Assembly (NCBI GenBank): GCA_963826715.1 | Contig: CAWGYA010000008.1 | Coordinates: 1,216,001 to 1,280,000, forward strand | DNA: 64,000 bases | Source: Candidatus Bathyarchaeota archaeon | Lineage (GTDB): Archaea; Thermoproteota; Bathyarchaeia; Bathyarchaeales; Bathycorpusculaceae | Direction: 5' to 3' | Part shown: in pieces, positions 39,474-48,501 of the stretch | Numbering within the stretch: position 1 is the first letter of the stretch | Layout of the letters: each line of letters opens with the position of its first letter | Notes under the pieces: generated by a model | Seen by the model: only the letters and a program-made list of their open reading frames with translations | Told to the model about the DNA's origin: nothing | Databases searched by the model: none | Translations under genes and position numbers: made by a program

Positions 39474-40010
39474 GTGAAAAAGTTGAGTGAAAATAAAACC
39501 AACTTCATAATGGCAGTGCGCGGTTATAAAAACATAAAAAAACAGAAAACTGCCAACTGCACAGACATTACAGCTATAGACGATTCGAACAACAAAGTGC
39601 TTCTTCGTATAATAGACCCTTTAGGCAACGAATACATCGACGTTAACGACGTCAAGAACATGACAAAATTCATTGATGCAGAGAATTATGATTCGGCAAT
39701 TCTGATAAGCAAAAAATTCACTGATACGGCAGTAAACGAAATGGAGAAACAAAGAATTCAGTATATTTCTGACGATTACATGCCACCCTTTCATATTGAA
39801 CAACTTTACCTAGCGATAATTGATTGCATAAACAATCAATGCCTCAAGAAATGTGGAAAAGAGACAACTGTGAAAACTGAATGCGACGAAAAAAAGGTTG
39901 ATTTATGCAAGATAAAATGCCTGGCGGGTAACGCTAAATACCATTTTGAACAGGGAACAGTGGGACTATTAAAAAACGACCTCAAAACGGCCTTAGCCCT
40001 AAACAAATAA
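39474..40010 (+). CDS. Restriction-endonuclease-like / Rpb5 N-terminal-like domain plus Cys-rich C-terminal domain
   Basis: FIMAVRGY...IDVNDVKNM......YDSAILISKKFTDTA......IQYI; six Cys in the C-terminal third. Confidence 0.65.
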   Translation: MKKLSENKTNFIMAVRGYKNIKKQKTANCTDITAIDDSNNKVLLRIIDPLGNEYIDVNDVKNMTKFIDAENYDSAILISKKFTDTAVNEMEKQRIQYISDDYMPPFHIEQLYLAIIDCINNQCLKKCGKETTVKTECDEKKVDLCKIKCLAGNAKYHFEQGTVGLLKNDLKTALALNK

Positions 40011-40153
40011 ACGCTTAACTTTGGATTACTTTTTTCTGATTTGTTCGTTATTTTACCTTAAATGTATGCAAACGTTTAAGTCCAGCGCAACATCTATGGA
40101 AAAGGTTAATTCACTCGCTATTTTTCATAGCCCAAAATTAACAGGACTCAAAG

Positions 40154-40375
40154 ATGTCAGAACAAACCCCAACTGAAATAAAATGTAGTGATTGCGGCAA
40201 AACCGCCACTGTTCCCTTCAAACCTACCGCAGGTAAACCAGTTTATTGTCGAGAATGCTTAAGCAAACACAGGGCTACCCGGCGACCGGAAACAGGGAAT
40301 CGGACACCAATCAACAATCAAAGCCCCGATGGGGAAAAACAAGCCTGGTCTAGACGCAGAGAAAATTGGCATTGA
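40154..40375 (+). CDS. CxxC-x17-CxxC zinc-ribbon protein
   Basis: CSDCGKTATVPFKPTAGKPVYCREC; C-terminal KQAWSRR. Confidence 0.88.
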   Translation: MSEQTPTEIKCSDCGKTATVPFKPTAGKPVYCRECLSKHRATRRPETGNRTPINNQSPDGEKQAWSRRRENWH

Positions 40376-40386
40376 ATAAATTGCAA

Positions 40387-40665
40387 TTAGCTTATTAATT
40401 CAACAACTGTTCCTATCGCTTGTCCCGGAAGGGGTCTTGCGAATTTTACTCTAACCATGCTATTTCTTCCATGCATTCCAACTATTTTTCCTCTAAATAG
40501 GTTTTTGCCGTTTGTCCAGATAACTTTCTGCCCGACTAGTTTTCCAATTGAACCTGGTTCCACTGTGTTGAATTGAATTAAACATTCTTTTGGTTGCTGG
40601 GATTTAGGACCAGTTCGATAGTTTGTTATACGTCCATTAATTTTCGTTGACAAGATATTCACCAT
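40387..40665 (-). CDS. rpl35ae: 50S ribosomal protein L35Ae (eL33)
   Basis: ITNYRTGPKSQ..KECLI...GKIVGMHG.N.MVRVKF..PLPGQAIG. Confidence 0.92.
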   Translation of the reverse strand: MVNILSTKINGRITNYRTGPKSQQPKECLIQFNTVEPGSIGKLVGQKVIWTNGKNLFRGKIVGMHGRNSMVRVKFARPLPGQAIGTVVELIS

Positions 40666-40668
40666 CTA

Positions 40669-40702
40669 AGTGCCAGCATGTAAGGGGTGCTGGCATTTAA
40701 AG
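40669..40702 (-). promoter_or_regulatory. Inverted repeat between the TATA box and start codon of rpl35ae
   Basis: TGCCAGCA (40671-78), 9 nt, TGCTGGCA (40688-95); CTTTAAA on the minus strand immediately upstream. Confidence 0.45.
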
Positions 40703-40781
40703 CTGCACTAATTTATTAGGATATTAATGGTGCCGGAACGTTTTTTAGCTAAATTTTATCTAACTTTAACGCCTATATATT

Positions 40782-41393
40782 GTGATTACCTTGACACTAA
40801 ACTGCTACCTTCCGGGTAACATTATACTAATTGACGCTTACGGCTGGGGAGATCTACTGCTTGGCGTAGTTATCGGAGCAGTTCGCCCACCACAGCGAAT
40901 GGTAATGGAACGTCGCATCCCCATATCAGCATTTCAGCTACCAAATTTCAAAACAAAAAAATACTTTGAATACGCCCAAAAAATCGCAGATGAAATTCTA
41001 ACAGTTATGCAGCCAGAAAAGGAAACTTGTTTTAAAATCTGCAACGAATACGTGCTGTCCGGCATTATTGTGCATATAGAAAATTTGGGATATAAAGTTC
41101 AACGGGTTGAATCGACTGGTGAACTAAACCAGTTAGTCGAAGATGCCTATGTTCGTTGGTGTGTAGAAGTTGGCTTACCCAGAGAACTGCTTAAGGATAA
41201 GCGGCGGTTCTGGAGTTTTCTAAATTGGGTCGCTGAAAACCCTCATGTTCGCGAGGGATTAGTTAAGACTGGGTGGGCAAGTTGGGAGCAAAAGTGGCGT
41301 TTGGAAATCTACAGAAAACACAATTCAGATTATCACCCAAACAAACTTAGTTATTATCCTTTACAAGAGAACACTAAACAGAAAACCCTTTGA
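40782..41393 (+). CDS. RNase HII-like-fold uncharacterised protein, paralogue of 37406-38086
   Basis: ILIDAYGWGDLLLGVVIG...IC...GEL..LVE.AY...L.WV...KTGW. Confidence 0.72.
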   Translation: MITLTLNCYLPGNIILIDAYGWGDLLLGVVIGAVRPPQRMVMERRIPISAFQLPNFKTKKYFEYAQKIADEILTVMQPEKETCFKICNEYVLSGIIVHIENLGYKVQRVESTGELNQLVEDAYVRWCVEVGLPRELLKDKRRFWSFLNWVAENPHVREGLVKTGWASWEQKWRLEIYRKHNSDYHPNKLSYYPLQENTKQKTL

Positions 41394-41547
41394 GAAAAAG
41401 AATTTTAGTCAAACTGAGAAATCCGCGAGTTATTTATTAGCGCATTTGAATGTATAATAGTATACGCAGACTTTCAGAAAAAATATCCTTCGCTTTTCTT
41501 CTATTGAAAAGTTTTGATTTTGTTATTTGCTAGTTTGCAGAGAACTA

Positions 41548-41928
41548 TCAAAGTCGTCGACCGTATTTTGCTTTAAGGCAGTCTTCGCAGAGGTTTTGTT
41601 TGTATTTTCTTACTCGGCGGGGTTGAAAATTTTTTTTGCATTGGCTGCACTTAACCAAGTTAACTTGTTTGGGGTCAATAAGTTTAAGTCGGCGCTTTAT
41701 CTCCGTTTTTACTTCAGCGTCGTTTTCGTTTTTTAGTGCTGCGTTTAAGAGGCCTATCGCAAAGTCTACACTGTTTTCTCCAAAAAGTTCTCCGAATACA
41801 TTCGCGTTTTTTCCTTTTTTCTGCTCCACTTTCACTGGTAACATACAAACGAAATTCGCGGGATAACTTCTGGACTTGCTAAAATCCACTACGGCAAAGC
41901 GGTAACTTTTTGTTAAATTACTGTCCAT
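41548..41928 (-). CDS. Hypothetical protein with C-terminal zinc ribbon
   Basis: MDSNLTKSYRFAVVDF...YPANFVCMLP; C-terminal CSQC...CEDC. Confidence 0.7.
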   Translation of the reverse strand: MDSNLTKSYRFAVVDFSKSRSYPANFVCMLPVKVEQKKGKNANVFGELFGENSVDFAIGLLNAALKNENDAEVKTEIKRRLKLIDPKQVNLVKCSQCKKNFQPRRVRKYKQNLCEDCLKAKYGRRL

Positions 41929-42649
41929 CTGTTCGCGCTTAAAAACCTGTAATCTACAATCCAATATGACCAACACTTGAAGAGAGATAAAAGATAGTTG
42001 TTCACCCATATATCTATATGGTAAACTAAACTTGGTTTGGGTTAACTGACAAAGTAACAATTATGGTGATGGATGCCTTTTTTAGTCGCTTAAGTGACCT
42101 ATAATATGTTATTTATCTATGACATGATTCTGACAGACATTATTTGTTTGGTTATAGCGTCCGTCTTCATTTTTTGGTCCCAAAAATTTATGGTTTCCTT
42201 GTTTAAAACTTGGATTTTTACAACTTAGTAAGTCCTATGATTTCGCTCAACTTACTTGTTTAAAGAATATACTGTTTCAAAACTGTAGCTGTTTTGATCA
42301 ATTAAGCATAGGTAACAAGAAGATAGTTGATTTTTCAATTGTAAAACGGGTTAATTCGATTAATTTGAAACTGTCAAGAAATGCATGTAAACAAAGCACT
42401 ATTCATTAGAGGTTTGGGGTTAACAATTCAATATCTTACTAAATAAACTCTTGAGCTCAAATTTTTGCTTTAACCCCTGATTATAAGCAAATATTTTCAG
42501 TGAACACTCTTAATCAATCCCTTTCTATCTTAATTGGAGCTGTTGCAAAGGGTTTTTAAATAACAACATAAATTATGAAAATTACTTTCAGAATAAATCA
42601 GTGCGCATAAATAGCTCTGATTTGTTAACTATCTTCGCAACGAAGTTGC

Positions 42650-42727
42650 GGGTCCGTGGCTCAGTCAGGCTAGAGCGGAGGACTCTTAATCCTTAGGTCG
42701 CGGGTTCAATTCCCGTCGGACCCGCCA
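42650..42727 (+). tRNA. tRNA-Lys (anticodon CTT), CCA encoded
   Basis: Acceptor stem GGGTCCG/CGGACCC, D-arm GCTC...GAGC, anticodon arm GAGGA-CTCTTAA-TCCTT, T-loop GGTTCAAT, 3' GCCA. Confidence 0.96.
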
Positions 42728-42899
42728 GCATTTGTGCGAAAAAGTACTAGCCTTTTTTATTTTTTAGCGTCATTTTCTCCTCAGCAGACCCTCTATTCCG
42801 CTTCCTCGTTTGTTTTGGTAAAAAATATTCTAGCGCAGGCTCTATCCCGCTCGCGCGCATTTTTGGCAATCAGAATAACCCAAAGGAGGCAACTAATTA

Positions 42900-43157
42900 A
42901 TGGAAAAGCCTGATTCTAGTCAGGAGTTTTACCTTAAGGGCATTTATCCCGTGGAGGTTCTTTCTGGCGTGCAAGATGGTTTAGTGGAGGTTCGAGCGAA
43001 AACTACCTTTCTGCATACCAGCGCGTATTCGGATGGGAAACGGCAGGTTCGAGTGGGCGTGACTGAGAAGCGTTGGGTTAGGTGGGGCGAGGTTTTGAAG
43101 CTTCCGTTTCGTCACGTTTGGTCGCATCGGCGCCAGGTAGCCAAAGGTCATGCATGA
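42900..43157 (+). CDS. Hypothetical protein (possible mobile-element remnant)
   Basis: GGAGG RBS; G/T-rich composition unlike neighbours; directly downstream of the tRNA. Confidence 0.5.
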   Translation: MEKPDSSQEFYLKGIYPVEVLSGVQDGLVEVRAKTTFLHTSAYSDGKRQVRVGVTEKRWVRWGEVLKLPFRHVWSHRRQVAKGHA

Positions 43158-43205
43158 TTATTTACCCATCCATACGCGCTCATAAAGTGATATGCCAATT
43201 TCTCC

Positions 43206-44147
43206 TCAAAGTTTTTGTCGTGATGGTTTCTTTGGCTGTGCTGTTTGGTCTCTGAATGAGTTAGGGTTTTTGGTTTCCGCGTTTAATAGTTGTTTGAGTT
43301 GCCAAACTAGTACATCGCGGTCGTTGGGTTGCTGGCGCATCCACAATTCGCGTTTTTCCCTGAACTCTTCTCCCGTGATTTTACCCATAGTTTGCAGTTC
43401 GCCGAGTAATTTCACGAATCCACGCAACTCAAGCTGTTCGTCGGTGACTATGTTCACGTTTTTTCCTCCACCTGAGGAGTTTACATGTACCTCTGTATCT
43501 GGTGGCGGATAAAATGCAAAGAGGAAGGCTGTGAAGTACATTGAGTCCCAATTCTGGGTGATAGGACTGCTATTTTTTGCTTTTATCAGTTCCTCAGTAT
43601 AGAGCTGATATTCCTGTCCGGGCGAGAGATACTTTGTTTGTCCTCTTGGTGAATTGGCTATATGATTGACGAAATATCGCAGATGCTGATCGTTAAAAAT
43701 AGGTAAAACTGTTCCTTTTTCGGTATTAAAGCAATAGATAATTTTTTTGGCTACGAACTTATCTTGCCCAATGCCGCCTATTCTTTCCCATGGAGAATCT
43801 ATTTTCTGAGCCAATGATTTGCGATCGTCGACTGTTATGCGGAGCAGGTTTTTGAATTCAACAATTTGTAGACGCGCGTTGCGATAAACGTTTGAACTGT
43901 TAATATTTGAATGGATAATAGGTTTAAGAGTGTCTTCTAATAGTTGGAAGAATTCTCCGACGGCATCAGGGTTTAGTTTGTAGAGTTTATCGGGGTCAAG
44001 CCATTCTATTGCCCGAAGGTTTTCTGTAAAAGGAAAATTTTGTTTTAACTCTTTTAATACAGAGAGAGCTTTGTCAATTTCGTGTTTAGTTACTCCTACT
44101 TTGTCGAATTCTGTTACTTTCTCAAGCATCGTGTTGCTCTTGGACAT
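43206..44147 (-). CDS. Hypothetical protein resembling N-terminal domains found in restriction/defence nucleases
   Basis: 313-aa ORF with IGGIG.DK.VAKKIIYCF...VLPIF...HLRYF; no nuclease motif recognised. Confidence 0.6.
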   Translation of the reverse strand: MSKSNTMLEKVTEFDKVGVTKHEIDKALSVLKELKQNFPFTENLRAIEWLDPDKLYKLNPDAVGEFFQLLEDTLKPIIHSNINSSNVYRNARLQIVEFKNLLRITVDDRKSLAQKIDSPWERIGGIGQDKFVAKKIIYCFNTEKGTVLPIFNDQHLRYFVNHIANSPRGQTKYLSPGQEYQLYTEELIKAKNSSPITQNWDSMYFTAFLFAFYPPPDTEVHVNSSGGGKNVNIVTDEQLELRGFVKLLGELQTMGKITGEEFREKRELWMRQQPNDRDVLVWQLKQLLNAETKNPNSFRDQTAQPKKPSRQKL

Positions 44148-44377
44148 TTTGACCGCATACAGAGAGATGTGTTTAGATTAATAAGAGTTGCAACATTTGG
44201 AAGCCTTTTAGATTAATTTCTTCTTCAAACGCTAGGTTTGATTGCATTTTAGCAGGTTATTAGTGGCATACATGTAAGTCAAAAGAGCAACTTTCTGTCT
44301 CGAAACTTTTAAAATAATGGTGGTTTGGCATAAGGTATAATACTATTACCCTCAAAATAATTAAAAAAGGGATTTAG

Positions 44378-45877
44378 TTGGGCAATAAATCGATCATAAT
44401 AATAGGGGCAGGTTTAGCCGGACTATCTACAGGATGCTATGCTCAAATGAATGGTTACAAGACCAGAATTTTTGAGATGCAAAACAAACCGGGCGGTGTT
44501 TGTGTATCTTGGAAGCGTAAAACTTACTGTTTTGATTATGCTGCCCACAATGTTTTCGGTGTGTCCACAAACCCTGCTGCCAAAAACATTTTCACAGAGA
44601 TTTGGCAGGAACTCGGAGCCCTTAAAAATATAGAAGCTTTTAGCTTCAAAGAATTCGTCCAAGTTGAAGATATAAACGGTAAAAAGTTCACCGTTTATAC
44701 GGATTTAGATGAGCTTGAGAATCATCTAACTGAGCTCTCGCCTGGGGACGAGAAACTCATTGGAGAATTCATCAAAACCACAAAGAAGTTCAGTGGGTTT
44801 GATATGTTTTCTGCAATGACTGGCGGAGCAGTCGCCAAATTGAAGATGCTGCCGCTCATGGGCGCTTTTATGAAATATAATAAATTGACAGTCAGTAAAT
44901 ACGCTGAGCAATTCAGAGATCCTTTCTTGTCTAAAGCGTTTGCCACAATACAGTACGATATTCCTGAGGTGCCAATGTTGGTTCCTATGCTTTTTCTTTC
45001 GGTTCAAAGCATCGGCGATGGAGGCTGGCCTGTAGGAGGTTCTACGGCTTTTTCAAGTAACATCGAGCGGCGGTATTTGGAGTTGGGCGGAGAAGTCACA
45101 TATAATGTGAGAGTAAAGAAAATAATTGTTAAGGAAAATACCGCTGTTGGTGTGCAGCTTGACGATGGCTCTGAGCATTATGGGGACATTATTGTTTCTG
45201 CCGCTGACGGGTATTCAACAATTTATGCGATGTTGGATGGTAAATATATCAATAACGTTATCAATGCCTACTACAAGGCATACCCCAAGATGCAACCTTT
45301 TGGTCTTGAAATTTGGTATGGACTAAACATGGAATTATCTAGCGAGCCTCATGCTATTGTACGTTTTCTTGAAAATCCTATCATCGTTGAAGGTATTGTT
45401 AGGGACCGGCTTGATATTGAAATCTTTAATTTTGATCTCTCAATTGCACCAAGTGGGAAAAGTGTAGTTAAGGTTGTAATGGAGTCAAACTATGACTACT
45501 GGAAGGCAATTCTGGCAAACCCCAAGGAGTATAAAGACGAGAAACAGAGGGTTGCAGACTTAATTGCTGTGGAACTTGAAAAACGTTTTCCGGGGCTCAA
45601 GAGTCACCTTGAAGTGACTGACGTAGTGACCCCGTTATCTGTTGAGCATTGGACTGCCGCCTACCGCGGATGCCAAGCATGGGGGGCGCCAAAAGAACTT
45701 CAAAAGGAAGTTGCTAAAAACGGCGTGAGTAAGACTTTGCCGGGACTTAGCAATTTCTACATGGTGGGTCAATGGGCTGGGGGCACCATTGGGTTAAGCA
45801 CTGTAAGTCTCATGGGCCGTGATTTGGTGCGTAAAATCTGTAGAGAAGATGACAAGGAATTTGGTTCAACAACGTGA
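44378..45877 (+). CDS. Phytoene dehydrogenase-like FAD-dependent oxidoreductase
   Basis: IIGAGLAGLS..E....PGG, SAAD, D..TPL, NFYMVGQW..G.GL. Confidence 0.88.
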   Translation: MGNKSIIIIGAGLAGLSTGCYAQMNGYKTRIFEMQNKPGGVCVSWKRKTYCFDYAAHNVFGVSTNPAAKNIFTEIWQELGALKNIEAFSFKEFVQVEDINGKKFTVYTDLDELENHLTELSPGDEKLIGEFIKTTKKFSGFDMFSAMTGGAVAKLKMLPLMGAFMKYNKLTVSKYAEQFRDPFLSKAFATIQYDIPEVPMLVPMLFLSVQSIGDGGWPVGGSTAFSSNIERRYLELGGEVTYNVRVKKIIVKENTAVGVQLDDGSEHYGDIIVSAADGYSTIYAMLDGKYINNVINAYYKAYPKMQPFGLEIWYGLNMELSSEPHAIVRFLENPIIVEGIVRDRLDIEIFNFDLSIAPSGKSVVKVVMESNYDYWKAILANPKEYKDEKQRVADLIAVELEKRFPGLKSHLEVTDVVTPLSVEHWTAAYRGCQAWGAPKELQKEVAKNGVSKTLPGLSNFYMVGQWAGGTIGLSTVSLMGRDLVRKICREDDKEFGSTT

Positions 45878-46081
45878 TAAGTGCTAATATGGGTTCTGCT
45901 CAAGTCCTATTAGCAAAAAGTCTTCTCAACTCTCTGTTTATTCCTTTTTAATAGAAGAAATGACTTGGTGGGGGGTTGCTTCTTCTTCTTCTATATCGCA
46001 TTATTGAGGTGAAATATAGTATCAAAATGTTGATTTTGTACAACTTTGTTTTAGAAAGTCTTTCTTCTTTGGGTTTGATTA

Positions 46082-46474
46082 TTAGTGGAGGGCTAAGCTT
46101 AGTGTTATTACAACTACAACAAAGAGTGTAATCAAAACGTATTTTCTGTTTTTCTCCCATGCAAAATAGATGAACGAAGTTACTGCGCGAATATATGGAG
46201 TTAAAATTAGAATAATCAAACCCAATGTCATGAAAAACAAAGCGTTTTCAGAGACAACTGGTGCTTGAATTTTATCCAAAATGAAGGCAAAAAAATTTTC
46301 GCCTTTGATAAAAAAGTTTGAAGTTTGGGAAATCTGTAGATTACCATAAGTGCCAAAATAGAGCCAAATTCCGATTGCTTCTAATGCTACACTTATTGTT
46401 ACGCCGAATATGAGCAAGTAGCTTATGATGGTTTCTATTTTAGTGTCCCCGCTGCTTAAGCTTTCTTTTGTCAT
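46082..46474 (-). CDS. DUF1634 family membrane protein
   Basis: IS.LL..GV.IS...LGLIILILTPYIR; coupled to the TauE gene. Confidence 0.8.
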   Translation of the reverse strand: MTKESLSSGDTKIETIISYLLIFGVTISVALEAIGIWLYFGTYGNLQISQTSNFFIKGENFFAFILDKIQAPVVSENALFFMTLGLIILILTPYIRAVTSFIYFAWEKNRKYVLITLFVVVVITLSLALH

Positions 46475-47301
46475 AATGTCGTCACTCCCTTGTAGATCAT
46501 TTGAATGATCAATACGGTAACTATGGCTAGAAAGAGTATGCGTAGATGCCTATCGTGTATTCTGTTTAGTATACGTCCGCCGAGAACTGAGCCTATCGTT
46601 GCGCCGATCGCCATTGGTGCCATTAAAGTCAGATTTAAAAGACCTGAAAACAAGTAAACGCTGACACCTGCTAGTGCGGTCATGCCTATTACCAGGTTGC
46701 TAGTTGCGCTGGAAACTTTCGCTGGGACCTTAAGCACTTTTTCATGCACTATAACTTTGAAGGCTCCTGCACCTATTCCAAGCATCCCTGCAGCTAAACC
46801 TGCGACTATCATGCCGAGTCCCCCCAGGAAAGCGCGGGTGACTTTGTATTCTACATGTTTGTTTTTTGCGCGGTCAAAGTATCTGCCCTCTAGTTTTAAC
46901 CACCTTGAAATTTTATCCTGCGTTATAGGTGATGTGTAGTCCTCTTTTAGGCTGCTTCGGATGTTTACAAAGGAAGTGAGCAGGAAGGCTGCGAAGAGAA
47001 AGTAGAGGAATACCGGTGCTATTATGACGGTTATGGTTGCACCTATGATGGCGCCGATTATGGTGAACATTTCAAGGTACATAGCCAAGCGTATGTTGGC
47101 TATTCGTTCACGGACAAATGCAGATGCGGAACCGCTGGAGGTAGCGATTATTGCTACCATGCCGCATGCTACGGCAACTTTAATGTCAACTCCGAATAGA
47201 ACTAGAATTGGAATAAGAATACTAGCGCCCCCAAGCCCTGTCAGTGATCCCAAAAAACCCACAGCTATTGAAATTAGAAGCAGCGTAATCATATCTATCA
47301 T
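46471..47301 (-). CDS. Sulfite exporter TauE/SafE family protein
   Basis: GSLTGLGGA, IATSSGSA, GMLGIGAGAFKV, KVSSATSN. Confidence 0.9.
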   Translation of the reverse strand: MIDMITLLLISIAVGFLGSLTGLGGASILIPILVLFGVDIKVAVACGMVAIIATSSGSASAFVRERIANIRLAMYLEMFTIIGAIIGATITVIIAPVFLYFLFAAFLLTSFVNIRSSLKEDYTSPITQDKISRWLKLEGRYFDRAKNKHVEYKVTRAFLGGLGMIVAGLAAGMLGIGAGAFKVIVHEKVLKVPAKVSSATSNLVIGMTALAGVSVYLFSGLLNLTLMAPMAIGATIGSVLGGRILNRIHDRHLRILFLAIVTVLIIQMIYKGVTTL

Positions 47302-47472
47302 GCGCCATCCTCCATTGCACAAGGAAGAGGTGTCGGGCTATTAAATTGCTTCTTATACTGTCCAGTGACTTAGCATTCATTTTGGTTTAATAATTATCGT
47401 TTTTGAAGCTGAAACGGGCGCTGGGAAAGCATATTAGCTTGACATGTTCATGTTTAGGTCTGAGACAACACT

Positions 47473-47883
47473 ATGAAGAAAGTTTTCATTTCAGGTCCTA
47501 TTATTGGAATGGAAAAAGAGCAGGATTATCGAAAAATTATCACAAACATTTGTCAGGCCCTTGACTATGAAGTTATCGACCCGTGGAAACGCGAGCGGGT
47601 CCTCTACAACGGTACAGAGGAATGCTGGTGGGACAAAGTACCATCGTTTGATTTTGTGCAGCGAGACCTAGACGATGCAGATCGATGCGACATTATGGTA
47701 GTGTACCTGCCAATTCTATCCGCCGGTGCTTGCATGGAAATGTTCTATGCTAAACGCAATGGAAAAATAATTATTATTGTCTCACCCCTAAAATGTCTTA
47801 GTCCATGGATAGTTTTCCATTCTAACGTCATTATTACGGATTTTAGCCAGCTTGAAGATGCCCTAAAAAGTTGCAGTAATTAA
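47473..47883 (+). CDS. Nucleoside 2-deoxyribosyltransferase-like protein
   Basis: VFISGPI, IDPW, RDL...DRCD, SAGACMEM.YA, SPWI. Confidence 0.8.
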   Translation: MKKVFISGPIIGMEKEQDYRKIITNICQALDYEVIDPWKRERVLYNGTEECWWDKVPSFDFVQRDLDDADRCDIMVVYLPILSAGACMEMFYAKRNGKIIIIVSPLKCLSPWIVFHSNVIITDFSQLEDALKSCSN

Positions 47884-47943
47884 TGTTTTTGGTGCAAACC
47901 TAAAGTCAGTTAAGTCTACATAAAATAGCATTTAGGTATTCCA

Positions 47944-48501
47944 ATGGATGCATTAACAATTATATTGATCGCAGTCGGTTTAGCACTGGATGCTCTGGCA
48001 ATTTCCATAGCAAACGGCATGGTGGCTACAGCAAATCGTAGGCAATCTGCGTTTTTGATGGCGATTTTTTTTGGGGGCTTTCAGATGTTAATGCCAATCG
48101 TTGGTTGGGCCAGTGGTATGCTGTTTCAAACAGTTGTTATGGCTCTGGACCACTGGATAGCGTTTGGGTTACTGGCTTTTATTGGTGCAAAAATGATTTA
48201 TGATGGCTTAAAAGTGCAAGCAGAAAAGGTCGCTTCAGACTTGCGACTACAAACGTTGTTAGTTTTAGCGGTTGCCACAAGCATTGATGCTTTGATGGTT
48301 GGATTTAGTTTTGCGTTTCTTCAAAGCGAAATTTTGTTACCCATTGCAGTTATTGGTTTAGTCACGTTTGGGCTTTCATTTGTAGGATTCTACTTTGGTT
48401 GCGGACTCGGTAAGTATTTTGGTCACAGAATTAAAATCGTAGGTGGAATCGGGCTGGTTCTTATTGGCTTGAAGATTCTGCTTGAGCATCTGGTCGCTTA
48501 A
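47944..48501 (+). CDS. mntP: Manganese efflux pump MntP family
   Basis: LALDALA, FGGFQ.LMP.VGW, DHWIAFGLL, ATSIDAL. Confidence 0.92.
   Translation: MDALTIILIAVGLALDALAISIANGMVATANRRQSAFLMAIFFGGFQMLMPIVGWASGMLFQTVVMALDHWIAFGLLAFIGAKMIYDGLKVQAEKVASDLRLQTLLVLAVATSIDALMVGFSFAFLQSEILLPIAVIGLVTFGLSFVGFYFGCGLGKYFGHRIKIVGGIGLVLIGLKILLEHLVA

Noticed and set aside
42636-42650. CGCAAC-GAA-GTTGCG hairpin in the tRNA-Lys leader
   Set aside because: Too short to distinguish from chance.
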